The notes under the pieces were generated by a model that had not been told where the DNA came from, ran no database searches, and saw only the letters and a list, made by a program, of their open reading frames with translations. DNA of 64,000 nucleotides, from contig CAYHBA010000005.1 of assembly GCA_964354755.1 (NCBI GenBank), positions 13,014-77,013 on the forward strand, read 5' to 3'. The translations under genes were made by a program, and so were the position numbers. Positions 28,449 through 38,101 of the stretch are shown in pieces. The DNA is from an uncultured Thermoplasmata archaeon. GTDB lineage: Archaea > Thermoplasmatota > Thermoplasmata > SG8-5. How positions within the stretch are numbered: the first letter of the stretch is position 1; each line of letters starts with the position of its first letter.

Positions 28449-29090
28449 TCAGGACACGACCCGGCCGCCAAGCATTAATGACACAAGAACGCAGAGCATG
28501 GCAGTGATAATTCCCACTATCAGCATTTTGATTCCGTGGCGGAGCATGTTCTCCTTGGTCACCCTTGCCAGATAGACTCCCAGGAGGGCGAGTATCGTTA
28601 ATGTCATGGCCAGGGAGGCAATGAAGGCCGAGTTCATGGACAGCCAACCCAAGCTGACAAAGATGTAGGGCATGATGACTATGAATGCGGCAATTGCCGG
28701 GCTGACAGCATCCACCATTGCCGTGACCTTGGTGGCGAAAGCCGCGGCTTCTTTGTGCAGGGACTCGTCCTTCATAGGTGTGCACATGGCGGCTTCGATG
28801 TCCTTCAGTTCCTTGGTTCGTTCCGCACTTTCCGCCATGTAGGCGCCGCTGAAACCTGAAATGCCCATGGCAAAGGATCCTGATATCCCCGCTATTATTA
28901 TTACAGCAGGGTCATCCGAGTGCGCCATGCTTGCGCCGATGACAACTCCGAGCATTGTGAGCGCCCCGTCGAAGGCGTTCATCACAAAATACCGTCTGGC
29001 AATGGGTCCGAGGTCTGAGATTTCCGCATAGGTCCTCCAGCGCTCAAGGCGGCCGGTACGCTGTCTACTGCTCGGTTCCTCGTCTTCCAT
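28449..29090 (-). CDS. VIT1/CCC1 family membrane transporter
   Basis: RRYFVMNAFDGALT, AMGISGFSGAYMAESAE. Confidence 0.85.
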   Translation of the reverse strand: MEDEEPSSRQRTGRLERWRTYAEISDLGPIARRYFVMNAFDGALTMLGVVIGASMAHSDDPAVIIIAGISGSFAMGISGFSGAYMAESAERTKELKDIEAAMCTPMKDESLHKEAAAFATKVTAMVDAVSPAIAAFIVIMPYIFVSLGWLSMNSAFIASLAMTLTILALLGVYLARVTKENMLRHGIKMLIVGIITAMLCVLVSLMLGGRVVS

Positions 29091-29263
29091 CTAGGCTTCC
29101 GGAGGTTTGAATTGTCGGTGGGTATTAAAATTTTCGGTTTTTCCTGCCATTGGACATATCTCCCCGATTGAAAAAAAAAGAACTAACATTAAATAGGAGG
29201 ACACATATCCGTGCCTACCTCAACTGGTATTTTAATGTGCCAGCAATCACGGGGGGACATCAA

Positions 29264-29722
29264 ATGGCAAGGATGCATGCGCGCAAGAAAGGCAAGTCGT
29301 CTTCGAAGCGACCGTTCCTGACCGAGAACCCGAAATGGGTGCCTCTCGACAAAGCCGATATAGAGGACCTTGTGACCAAATTGGCCACGGACGGGAACAG
29401 CAGCGCGAAGATCGGCCTCATTCTGAGAGACCAGCACGGAGTTCCCAACGTGAAGTTGGCCACGGGGAAGACAGTGACCCAGATTTTGAAGGAGAAAGGC
29501 CAGATGCCCAAACTTCCTGAGGATCTTGGGGCGCTGCTTAAAAAAGTCATCAGCCTGAGCGCTTACCTGAAGCACAACCCGCGCGACCTGCACAACAAGA
29601 GAAACCTCCACCTGCTGGAAGCCAAGATAAGGCGTCTGGAGCGCTATTACAAGGGAAAGGGTGCGATTCCCGAGTCCTGGAAATACACGCTGGACCGTGC
29701 CGAACTGGAACTGAGCAGGTAA
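29264..29722 (+). CDS. rps15: 30S ribosomal protein S15 (uS15, archaeal)
   Basis: MARMHARKKGKS, IGLILRDQHGVP, PEDL, EAKIRRLERYYK. Confidence 0.97.
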   Translation: MARMHARKKGKSSSKRPFLTENPKWVPLDKADIEDLVTKLATDGNSSAKIGLILRDQHGVPNVKLATGKTVTQILKEKGQMPKLPEDLGALLKKVISLSAYLKHNPRDLHNKRNLHLLEAKIRRLERYYKGKGAIPESWKYTLDRAELELSR

Positions 29723-29724
29723 TC

Positions 29725-31098
29725 ATGCCCAAGGCCGAGTTGCCCACCCTCACATTCAGCGCCTCACTCTCGAGGCGCTTGGAGGATGCGGCTGCCCTAC
29801 TCAGGTCGCATGAAGGCCAGGTAAGAATATTCTCGCATTACGACCCGGACGGCATAGGCTCCGCGGCGGTTGCTTGCCAGATGGTAAAACGCCTGGGCCT
29901 TGGATTCCAGGCGACTCTCTCCCACAAGCTTGACGATGCCAAGCTGAAGGAAATGCAGGAGACGCCCCCGGAGCACCTTATTATACTTACGGACATGGGC
30001 GCCGCGAAGATAAGCCAGCTGGACGGGTTTCAGCACAGCATTATTGTCATAGACCATCACCAGCCCGAAGCCGAAGGCCAGAGAGTCATCCATCTTAACC
30101 CGCATCTTTTCGGGATTGACGGGGCCAGGGAAGCGTCCGCATCGAGCTTCGCCTTTGCCTTGGCGGTGACGCTGGACGAGGCAAACTGGAACCTCATTGG
30201 CCTTGCCCTTGCAGGCGCAGTGGGAGACCGCCAGAGCCTGGGCGGTTTCAGGGGGTACAACGAGGACCTCGTGATAGCGGCGGCTGGAAGGGAACTGGTG
30301 AAGCTCGAGCAGGTCCCGAACCTGAAGGGCGGCACAATACTAGAATCACTGCTTGAACACCCTGAACCTTATTTCAAGGGGATAAGCGGGCGCAAGAGGG
30401 AGGCAAGCCATCTCATCAAATGGCTGGGCTTCGGCAAGGAAGCCAAACTTTCCGACCTGGACGAGGAGAAGAAGCGCTTCCTGGCCTCCATATGCGCAAT
30501 GCGGCTTCTCAGGCAGGGCGCCACTCCGGAAGCAGCCTGCGACCTGGTCATGACAAGGTACTGGCTCTATGACTGGAGCATGCACGCGGACCAATTGAGC
30601 TCGCTGTTCAACAGCTGCGCCAGGCAGGGCGAGTCAGGCCTCGGACTTGCGCTGGCCCTGGGGGACAGAGAGGCAATGGGCAAGGCCCAGGAGCACGAGA
30701 GGGTCCACAGGGAATTCATACTTCAGAACCTCAGGGAGCTGGAGGCAGAGCCGCCCAAGCCAATGAAGCACATTCAGCATTTCCGGTCCTCGGAAGTAAA
30801 TTATGCGGGCGTCCTCGCCGGCCTCGGAACGCTTTATCTGTTCGACGGCTCGAAGCCAAGCTTTGCCATCTCCGAGAAGGACGGCGAGATTCATGTTTCC
30901 GCTAGGGCGCCGAGGAACCTGGTCAAGGCTGGGCTGAACCTCGGCCTGGCATGCAAGCTTGCTGCAGAGAGTCTGGGCGGCGCAGGGGGCGGCCATGACA
31001 TTGCGGCCGGGGCTACAGTGCCGATAGATGCGGAAAAGAAGTTCCTGAAGGAAGTGGACTCGTTGGTCGGGAAGCAGCTGGTCACCCCTGTCCAGTAG
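29725..31098 (+). CDS. DHH/DHHA1 RecJ-like nuclease (GAN/Cdc45-like)
   Basis: HYDPDG, TDMG, IDHH, GAVGD, SAR, GGGHDIAAGA; adjacent to rps15, a context common in archaea. Confidence 0.88.
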   Translation: MPKAELPTLTFSASLSRRLEDAAALLRSHEGQVRIFSHYDPDGIGSAAVACQMVKRLGLGFQATLSHKLDDAKLKEMQETPPEHLIILTDMGAAKISQLDGFQHSIIVIDHHQPEAEGQRVIHLNPHLFGIDGAREASASSFAFALAVTLDEANWNLIGLALAGAVGDRQSLGGFRGYNEDLVIAAAGRELVKLEQVPNLKGGTILESLLEHPEPYFKGISGRKREASHLIKWLGFGKEAKLSDLDEEKKRFLASICAMRLLRQGATPEAACDLVMTRYWLYDWSMHADQLSSLFNSCARQGESGLGLALALGDREAMGKAQEHERVHREFILQNLRELEAEPPKPMKHIQHFRSSEVNYAGVLAGLGTLYLFDGSKPSFAISEKDGEIHVSARAPRNLVKAGLNLGLACKLAAESLGGAGGGHDIAAGATVPIDAEKKFLKEVDSLVGKQLVTPVQ

Positions 31099-31147
31099 GT
31101 GCCGCCGTTAGGGACTGCGAAGCGGCAGCGAAATCGTGTTATACTAC

Positions 31148-31915
31148 ATGGAGGATTCTCTGGCAATGTTCACATTGATGGTCATCCTGCTCTACGGTTT
31201 TCTGATGGGCCTGAGGCGCGGTTTCAGTTCATGCCTTGCCCTCTGTATTCCATCCCTGATACCGACCATAATAGAGGAGGGCGGGGATTGGCGGAAAGGC
31301 GTCAAAATTGCCCTATGGTTCAATGCGCCGAGGATTGCATTGCTCACACTGCTCGGGGCCATCGTGGGCGCGGGCGGTTTTTTGATAGGCACCACTGTCG
31401 ATTCGACCGCAACGGGGTCGGACACCTTGCTGGCAGGCTACGCGCTCATAGGCATTCTGATGTTCCTCTACGGGCTTCATGTGTTCATTTCGGCCGACGG
31501 GAAACTGGAAGAGCTGGCTGAGGGCAAGGACCCATCATCGGAATGCAGGCCGGCCCACCCATTGCTCTCGAAATTAAAAATCGCGACTCCCAGGAGCAGG
31601 TCCGGATTATTGCTATGGGGGGGATTGGTCAGCATTGCCTGCATCGGCGAAACCGTGCTGAGCCTGGAGACTATTTTCGTCGGACTATCGCTGACAGATG
31701 TATCTTCACCCCTGGCCGGTGCTGTCCTCGGGGGCATGGCCTTTTTCCTGTTCTCTCTTGGGGCAACAGTCCCCAGCCTCGGGTTCGCGGGCATAGGCAG
31801 CAACATGGCGCGGAAGGAGAAGCGTACAGAAAGGCTGCTGCAGGCAGAGAGGGTGTCAGGCGGGCTGATGATATTATTCGGTGGAATATATTTATCTCTT
31901 TTTATATTCATATAA
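31148..31915 (+). CDS. DsbD_2/TauE-like membrane protein
   Basis: SSCLALC, NAPRIA, multiple TM helices, FSLGATVP. Confidence 0.65.
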   Translation: MEDSLAMFTLMVILLYGFLMGLRRGFSSCLALCIPSLIPTIIEEGGDWRKGVKIALWFNAPRIALLTLLGAIVGAGGFLIGTTVDSTATGSDTLLAGYALIGILMFLYGLHVFISADGKLEELAEGKDPSSECRPAHPLLSKLKIATPRSRSGLLLWGGLVSIACIGETVLSLETIFVGLSLTDVSSPLAGAVLGGMAFFLFSLGATVPSLGFAGIGSNMARKEKRTERLLQAERVSGGLMILFGGIYLSLFIFI

Positions 31916-31918
31916 TCA

Positions 31919-33034
31919 TTATATCAATTTTCCCCACGAGTGCTCGAAGTTGCTCGCAGTAAATCCAAGGTCATTCTTTCCGACAGTCAGCGAACCGTCC
32001 AGCATCCTGAACCTGAACTCATCGACCTCGGCAGGATATTCGTTGTAATAGAGGACCGACCGCATGCCCATCCTCCTGGGCTGTTCGAACCTCCAGAACG
32101 CGCGTGTATAGGCCTTCAGCCTGAGGAAGAATTCCTTTTCCCTGTCCTTGCCAGTTATCTCGAAGACAGGCAGGCCGCCCACCACCCTGTGCTTTATCCT
32201 GGTGTGCTTGGTCCTGAACTTATACTCCTTCCCGGTGGGCGCGTGGTAGAAGTGTATGGACTTGTGAAGCCGTATGTCGCAACTGTCCCACCATGACTCG
32301 GCAGCCTCCTTGTACCTGAATATCTGCGGCCCGATGTAGGGCATGAAATAGTCGATATAGCTCCCATCTTCGCAGTGCACCAGGCCCCAGTACCAGGGCG
32401 GAGCAGGCGCGTTGACGGTGACCCTCTGGTGGTAGGCGCTGCCCTCTATGGGCTTTCCTTTTATCGCGCCAGCGAGCTTCATCCCGAAGATCTTCATGAT
32501 GTTGTAGCTGTATTTTTTAGTGTACTGGCTCTCGTTGAACCTGTGCTGCTGCAGGTAGTCGTTCCAGGGCGTCATCTCGAAATGGAAGTCATTGTCTTTG
32601 TCCTTGATGTTGACAGTGTATTTATCAGGGCCGCCGAAGAACCTGTAATCAGTCCCTTCGAGAATGGGCTTCAGCTCGCCTCGGTCCCCATTGTGCCGCA
32701 CCTCGAAGTCCGCCTCCTCCAGAACCAGCGGGTCATACATCTCTTTTCCGTCGAACCACCATGCTGCCACCATGCCATTGAACTTCAGCACGTCCCCATC
32801 CCATGTCGGAAGCCTGGAAACGCTCCACTTGTGGTCCATGACCTTGATATTATCGGTATATTTCGTCGACCAAAGGATCATCAGCTGCTTCGTCCTGCCA
32901 GGATGCTCCGGGTCCCTTATGAAGAATATCCACCACCACCACCACCAGGTCAGGTTCGGAATCATCTGGTCCGTCTTGAGGACCCACATGTTCTCGTATG
33001 GTTTGTGCGCCTTAGCGGTCACGTCCTTGGCCAT
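31919..33034 (-). CDS. Hypothetical aromatic-rich beta protein (possibly tocopherol cyclase/CrtC-like fold)
   Basis: WWWWWWIFF, GSAYHQRV, PWYWG; the fold is a guess. Confidence 0.6.
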   Translation of the reverse strand: MAKDVTAKAHKPYENMWVLKTDQMIPNLTWWWWWWIFFIRDPEHPGRTKQLMILWSTKYTDNIKVMDHKWSVSRLPTWDGDVLKFNGMVAAWWFDGKEMYDPLVLEEADFEVRHNGDRGELKPILEGTDYRFFGGPDKYTVNIKDKDNDFHFEMTPWNDYLQQHRFNESQYTKKYSYNIMKIFGMKLAGAIKGKPIEGSAYHQRVTVNAPAPPWYWGLVHCEDGSYIDYFMPYIGPQIFRYKEAAESWWDSCDIRLHKSIHFYHAPTGKEYKFRTKHTRIKHRVVGGLPVFEITGKDREKEFFLRLKAYTRAFWRFEQPRRMGMRSVLYYNEYPAEVDEFRFRMLDGSLTVGKNDLGFTASNFEHSWGKLI

Positions 33035-33123
33035 CACCGTTCTTGACTGCGCCCGGATACTTTAACCTGTCGGGCGGTAATTTATAATCATGCACCACAT
33101 ATCCAGCAGCGTGAGGTTTCCGG

Positions 33124-34626
33124 ATGGACAGAATCTATAAGGAACTGTGTGAGAAAGCGGCAGAACTATCAGATATCGGCGCGGCCGCATCGGTGCTTGG
33201 CTGGGACCAGCAGACGTACATGCCTCGGGGGGGCGCCGAGGCCAGGGGCAGGCAGATGGCCACGCTTGCCAAGATGGCCCATCAGAAGCTCATCGACCCG
33301 AGGAACGGCATGCTGCTGGAGAAGCTGGCGCCGTACGAGAAGGCCAAGGGCTATGATTCTCAGGAAGCTGGCCTGATCAGGCTTGCCAGGAGGGAGTACG
33401 AGAAGGCTGTGAAAGTACCCCCGGAGTTCACGGTTCGGATGAACATCACCCAGTCGGAATGCTTCGACCTTTGGCTGAAAGCAAGGCCAGCAAATGATTA
33501 TTCAATGGTCCGGTCGAGCCTCGAGAAGGTTTTCGGGCTGTGCAGGGAGTACTCCGACTTCTTCCCTGGATACGAGCATCCCCTGGACCCGCTTATTGAC
33601 AACAATGATTACGGGATGAAGGCCTCTGACATCCGGAAGATATTCGCCAGGCTGCGGAAGGAGCTTGTCCCTCTCGTGGATTCCATCGCGTCCAAAGAAC
33701 CAGCGGACAACTCATTTCTTGCACAAAGTTATGACGCTCAAACCCAGCTGGACTTCGGCAAAGCCGTGGTGACAGACTTCGGATATGACTTCGCCAGGGG
33801 CCGCCAGGACATGGCTGCCCATCCCTTCACCACGAGCTTCTCTGTCGGCGACGTCAGGATAACCACCAGGGTGCACCCCGAGTTCTTGGGCGCAGCCCTA
33901 TTCGGGACAATGCACGAGGCAGGCCACGCCATGTACGAGCAGGGCTCGGACATGGCATATGATGGCACGCTGCTGAGGGGAGGGACATCCATAGGCGTCC
34001 ATGAGAGCCAGTCAAGGCTCTGGGAGAACATTGTCGGCCGCTCGATGCCATTCTGGGGGCATTATTACCCTGCTCTGCAGGCGAAATTTCCGAACGACCT
34101 TGGCAATGTCCAGCTGGACAGGTTTTACGGGGGCATAAACAAGGTCGGACGCAGCCTCATAAGGGTGGAGGCGGACGAGGTCACGTACAGTCTGCATGTC
34201 ATGCTTAGGTTCGATTTCGAATGCTCGGTCATGGAGGGTTCGATGGCCGTAAAGGACCTTCCCGGGGCATGGAACGACAGGATGGAGGCTGACCTGGGAA
34301 TCAGACCTCCGAATGACGCGATGGGCGTGATGCAGGACATTCACTGGTACAACGGCATAGTAGGCTACTTCCAGGGATACGCATTGGGCAACATAATGAG
34401 CGCCCAGTTCTATGACGCCGCGGTCAAGGCCCACCCGGAAATTCCCGAGGAGACCGGCCAGGGCAAGTTCGGAACCCTGCATGCCTGGCTGGTTGAGAAC
34501 ATATATCGCCATGGCAGGATGTACACGGCCAACGAGCTGCTGGAAAGGGTCACGGGAAACGGCCTGGACATAGGCCCGTACATGAAATACCTAAGGACGA
34601 AGTACGGAGAGCTCTATAACCTCTAG
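33124..34626 (+). CDS. Carboxypeptidase M32 (Taq-like)
   Basis: WDQQTYMP, HPF, DVRITT, HEAGH, HESQS, IRVEADE, QDIHW. Confidence 0.95.
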   Translation: MDRIYKELCEKAAELSDIGAAASVLGWDQQTYMPRGGAEARGRQMATLAKMAHQKLIDPRNGMLLEKLAPYEKAKGYDSQEAGLIRLARREYEKAVKVPPEFTVRMNITQSECFDLWLKARPANDYSMVRSSLEKVFGLCREYSDFFPGYEHPLDPLIDNNDYGMKASDIRKIFARLRKELVPLVDSIASKEPADNSFLAQSYDAQTQLDFGKAVVTDFGYDFARGRQDMAAHPFTTSFSVGDVRITTRVHPEFLGAALFGTMHEAGHAMYEQGSDMAYDGTLLRGGTSIGVHESQSRLWENIVGRSMPFWGHYYPALQAKFPNDLGNVQLDRFYGGINKVGRSLIRVEADEVTYSLHVMLRFDFECSVMEGSMAVKDLPGAWNDRMEADLGIRPPNDAMGVMQDIHWYNGIVGYFQGYALGNIMSAQFYDAAVKAHPEIPEETGQGKFGTLHAWLVENIYRHGRMYTANELLERVTGNGLDIGPYMKYLRTKYGELYNL

Positions 34627-35555
34627 TCAAGGAATTTTACCCAGGGCTCCAGCATGTCATAGTCGCGGAACCCGGCCTTTTCATAAAGCGCCTTGGCGGC
34701 GTCGCTGTGCCCTGTCAGGTATGCCCTCCGGCATCCGAGCGTCCTCAACCGGCGAAGGCCCTCTGTAATGCAGGCAAGCGCCAGCCCCTTCCTCTGATGT
34801 TCGGGGTGCGTGCCAACCGGTTCGAAGTACGCGGTATTGGTGGCATCGTCGAACCATACTGTAGTGAAAGAGGCAATTTCGCCATCCGGTTCAACAACCA
34901 CCAAGTCTAGGTCGGGCCTGTATTGCGGGATAGCCTGCACATTTTCATACCATCTCCAGCCCTCGTATTTCTCGTCCGGATCGTTCGGGTGGAACGATTT
35001 CCAAGAGCACCAGCTCCTAGAAGGTATGTCATCCGGGTTCTGCGACCTCACCGAATATTCCGCGGGAATCTTTGCCGCCGGTATATCGCTGTTGAGGTCC
35101 TGCCAGCCTTGCCTTCCGGTTGCCTCCCACTCATCATACTTCTCGTATCCTCTCTTGCGGAGAGCCCTGTGGGCGATGTCGTCCTTCCAGTCAACCCAGA
35201 CATAGAGCTTGCGCTTCCCGTCACCGCCGATGCCGGAGAGGTCGGCTTCCGCGGTTTCAAGGATTTTCCCATAGAGGCTGCCTCTCAGGTATTCCGGGTG
35301 TATCTGGACGAACGCATTGATGGGCCCTTCAAGAAGAACGAATGCGACAATTTTCCCTTCTGCTTCCCAGAGTCTGACGTTCTCCAGGCCGGGATCGCCG
35401 CAGTTCATGACCCCGTGCCACCTGTACCAGTCCAGCCTGCCAGGGTGCCAGGAGAATTCCCGCAGCTCATTTGCCACGAGCGCATCGGCCAATAATTTCC
35501 GCAGCCCGGGATAATCCTCATCCCCGGCGTAATGCCGCATAACTGGCCTGGACAA
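34623..35555 (-). CDS. GNAT family N-acetyltransferase
   Basis: EPVGTHPEHQRKGLA, ALYEKAGF. Confidence 0.85.
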   Translation of the reverse strand: MSRPVMRHYAGDEDYPGLRKLLADALVANELREFSWHPGRLDWYRWHGVMNCGDPGLENVRLWEAEGKIVAFVLLEGPINAFVQIHPEYLRGSLYGKILETAEADLSGIGGDGKRKLYVWVDWKDDIAHRALRKRGYEKYDEWEATGRQGWQDLNSDIPAAKIPAEYSVRSQNPDDIPSRSWCSWKSFHPNDPDEKYEGWRWYENVQAIPQYRPDLDLVVVEPDGEIASFTTVWFDDATNTAYFEPVGTHPEHQRKGLALACITEGLRRLRTLGCRRAYLTGHSDAAKALYEKAGFRDYDMLEPWVKFLD

Positions 35556-35562
35556 AATCCCA

Positions 35563-35847
35563 CTATCCTCTTGTATCGGTGACCTTGATTATGTGCCAGC
35601 CGAACTGGGTCTTGATAGGCCCGACAATGTCGCCCTTCTTCGCGCTGAAAGCGGCCGTTTCAAATTCCTTGACCATCTTGTTCCGGGTGAAGTACCCAAG
35701 GTCGCCGCCCTTCTTCCCCGAGGGGCACGTGGAGAACTTCCTGGCCAGGTCCTCGAAGTTGGCCCCGCCCTTCAGTTTGTCCATAATCCTGTCCGCGTCT
35801 GGCTTCTTGTCCACAAGGATGTGGCTCGCACGTACTTCGTTTGCCAT
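35563..35847 (-). CDS. ppiC: Parvulin-type peptidyl-prolyl isomerase
   Basis: ASHILV, FEDLARKFSTCPSGKKGGDLG, MVKEF, TQFGWHII. Confidence 0.95.
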   Translation of the reverse strand: MANEVRASHILVDKKPDADRIMDKLKGGANFEDLARKFSTCPSGKKGGDLGYFTRNKMVKEFETAAFSAKKGDIVGPIKTQFGWHIIKVTDTRG

Positions 35848-35909
35848 GGTTGCACCGAAGGCTAATCCCTTTCGGAATATTTAATACTAATATTCTCTAT
35901 ATTGTAATC

Positions 35910-36101
35910 ATGGACTGCAAAAAAGAACAGAATCTGAAACACTGCAACTGCACCTACACATGCGGCAAGAAGGGCATGTGCTGCGAATGCCTCCGGTACC
36001 ACCTGGAGATGCAGCAGCTCCCAGCGTGCTGCTTCCCTCCCGAGGCTGAGAAGACCTACGACAGAAGCTTCGAAAAATTTGCGGAAGCCTGGAACCTCTA
36101 A
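35910..36101 (+). CDS. Small Cys-rich protein (DUF6485-like)
   Basis: CNCTYTCGKKGMCCECLRYH...LPACCF...EKTYDRS. Confidence 0.75.
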   Translation: MDCKKEQNLKHCNCTYTCGKKGMCCECLRYHLEMQQLPACCFPPEAEKTYDRSFEKFAEAWNL

Positions 36102-36120
36102 ATCAAACGGAAAAATTTTT

Positions 36121-36325
36121 TCATCCATCCCTCCATTCAGTTCCAGCCACCGCCATCATGCCTCGCCTGAATGGGTACATTTTGATATCTAGAGGGCGGG
36201 GTTGTGACCCGGTTTCCGGAACCGGGTTGGTGACGACTGAGCTCATCCTTAGGAAACCCCGGGTGTAAGCCCGGGGAGGTGTCTAAACCGGCACACAACC
36301 CGGTCCCAGGGCTATGGCACCGGCC
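36121..36325. repeat. Dispersed structured element, copy 2 (MITE/REP-like)
   Basis: Reverse complement aligns to 19475-19728; lies between convergent genes. Confidence 0.85.
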
Positions 36326-36361
36326 AACTCCCTCTCGGAACCTGAGTCCCGATACCTAAAA

Positions 36362-37732
36362 TTACCGACCAATTCTTTTTATCGCAATATCCGCCGCTCT
36401 CGAGAGCAGGTCGAAGACATCGCTCACGGGCGGGCAGTACGCGAACTCCATGTCCTGAAGGTCATGGACGGTCATTCCTTTAGAGGCCATGATTCCGATG
36501 ACATTTATTCTCCAGGCAGCGCCTTCCTTTCCCATGGCCTGGCCTCCGAGGATTTTGCCTGTGTCCCCATCGACAATCAGCCTTAGTGACAGTTCTGAAT
36601 TGTTGGCTATGTAATGCGGCTTTATCGCGCCTTTTACTGAAACCGCTTTCACGTTCGCATGACCGGCCTTCTGCGCGGCCTCCAGGTTCAGCCCTGTGGC
36701 GGATATTTCTATATCGCCCACAAGGGATACGAAGGTGTTGTAGAAGCCCTTGTACTTCGCGTCCCCGCCGGCGGCATTTATACCAGCGATGGCGCCCTGC
36801 CTGTAAGCAGTCGTGGCTAGAAGGGCGGGACCTTTCGAGCCGTCAAGCCTTGAGAACGATTCTGCGCAATCCCCCACCGCGAAAACGCCAGGAACGTTCG
36901 TTTCCATGCGCTCGTTCGTGACGAATCCGTTCTTGTTTGCGATTATGCCGTTGCCTTCTGCCAAATATGTCCGGGCTTTCATCCCTACTGCCATCACGAC
37001 AATGTCGCAGGGGATTACCTGGCCCGCTATAGTCACGGACTCGACGCAGTCTGTTCCGTTCACGCTGTCTATGCCCTTTCCGAAGTACTGGTGTATCCCA
37101 AGTTCAGCAAGCTTGTTGATGACCAACTCACCCATCTCCGGGTCGAAGATATCCGCCATGACAGGCGGGGTCCTCTTTGTAACATGGACATCCAGACCCA
37201 GCACCTTCAGGGCTGCCGCGATCTCCAATCCTGTCGCACCGCCCCCGACCACGCATGCCGCTTTCTTCTTCGAGCTCAAGGCAGCCTCCCGCAGCGCCAT
37301 CGCATTGGACGGGTTGGTGCAGAAATGAACGCCTTTTCCCTCAAGCTCCTTCGCCCCCGGTATCGGGAGGTTTATCGGTTCCGCGCCTGTGGCTAATACC
37401 AGGGAGTCCCAAGCAATCTCCGAAACATCACCGGTCTTCAGGTCTTTTACAGTAAGCTTCTTTTCAGGGACGTCTATGGACTGGACCTCGTGCGAAAGTA
37501 GTTTTTTAAGTCTCCCGACCTCCGGGATAGAATACTGGAGATCGGCGAAGTCTTTGACCACGCCCTCTATGGCATAGGGCAGCCCGCAGGGGCTGAACTG
37601 GTCGAAGTCCCTCTTCTCGATTATCGTGATGTTCGCCTTGCGGTTCGTACCCGAGGCATACTTGGAAGCGTAGAGGCCCCCGATACCCAGGCCTATGATT
37701 ACCACATTCATTTCATTGTCCGCCGACGGCAT
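36362..37732 (-). CDS. FAD-dependent NADH oxidase / CoA-disulfide reductase family
   Basis: IIGLGIGG, FSPCGLPY single redox Cys, LATGA, VGGGATGLE, AVGDC, AYCPP. Confidence 0.9.
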   Translation of the reverse strand: MPSADNEMNVVIIGLGIGGLYASKYASGTNRKANITIIEKRDFDQFSPCGLPYAIEGVVKDFADLQYSIPEVGRLKKLLSHEVQSIDVPEKKLTVKDLKTGDVSEIAWDSLVLATGAEPINLPIPGAKELEGKGVHFCTNPSNAMALREAALSSKKKAACVVGGGATGLEIAAALKVLGLDVHVTKRTPPVMADIFDPEMGELVINKLAELGIHQYFGKGIDSVNGTDCVESVTIAGQVIPCDIVVMAVGMKARTYLAEGNGIIANKNGFVTNERMETNVPGVFAVGDCAESFSRLDGSKGPALLATTAYRQGAIAGINAAGGDAKYKGFYNTFVSLVGDIEISATGLNLEAAQKAGHANVKAVSVKGAIKPHYIANNSELSLRLIVDGDTGKILGGQAMGKEGAAWRINVIGIMASKGMTVHDLQDMEFAYCPPVSDVFDLLSRAADIAIKRIGR

Positions 37733-38101
37733 GGTTCACATCCTGCACTGCTGTCGGCAAAGCGCGTTTCGGATATGACCTTTTCGATAAATGACTTACT
37801 GCAGAAATGCCGAGAACACTCAGACCTTCAGGGCTGAGATGAATCGGCATGAGCAGTCGTCAATCCACCGTTGCATACCGTGCTTATATTATCAAAATAA
37901 ATCGAAGCTTCTAGCTTCGATAAATTAGGTGTGCAACTGCCCTATGGTAAACATACTGCCCCGAATCATGTAGCTACGATTCGAAGCGTAACGCCAGCCA
38001 CTTTAGGGGCTGGTAGTTTACACCCTTGACCGGAAGTCTAGATAAGTTTTTTGTATGCAATTCGTATGTCCCACCCTGGAAAAAGCGAATAAGGTGATGT
38101 A

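Noticed and set aside
28294..28785. N-terminal extension of the 27232-28785 ORF
   Set aside because: It overlaps the VIT1 gene in another frame and crosses an AT-rich promoter-like region; the signal-like sequence begins near 28293.
31096..31521. Pyrrolysine/selenocysteine readthrough at in-frame stops (31096 TAG; also 40108 TAG and 41932 TGA)
   Set aside because: The upstream proteins end at normal family boundaries, the downstream genes have their own starts, and no pyl or sel genes are in the window.
37740..38100. Glycine riboswitch upstream of gcvT
   Set aside because: I could not find the conserved aptamer motifs (GGAGA...CCGAAG...CTCTCAGG).
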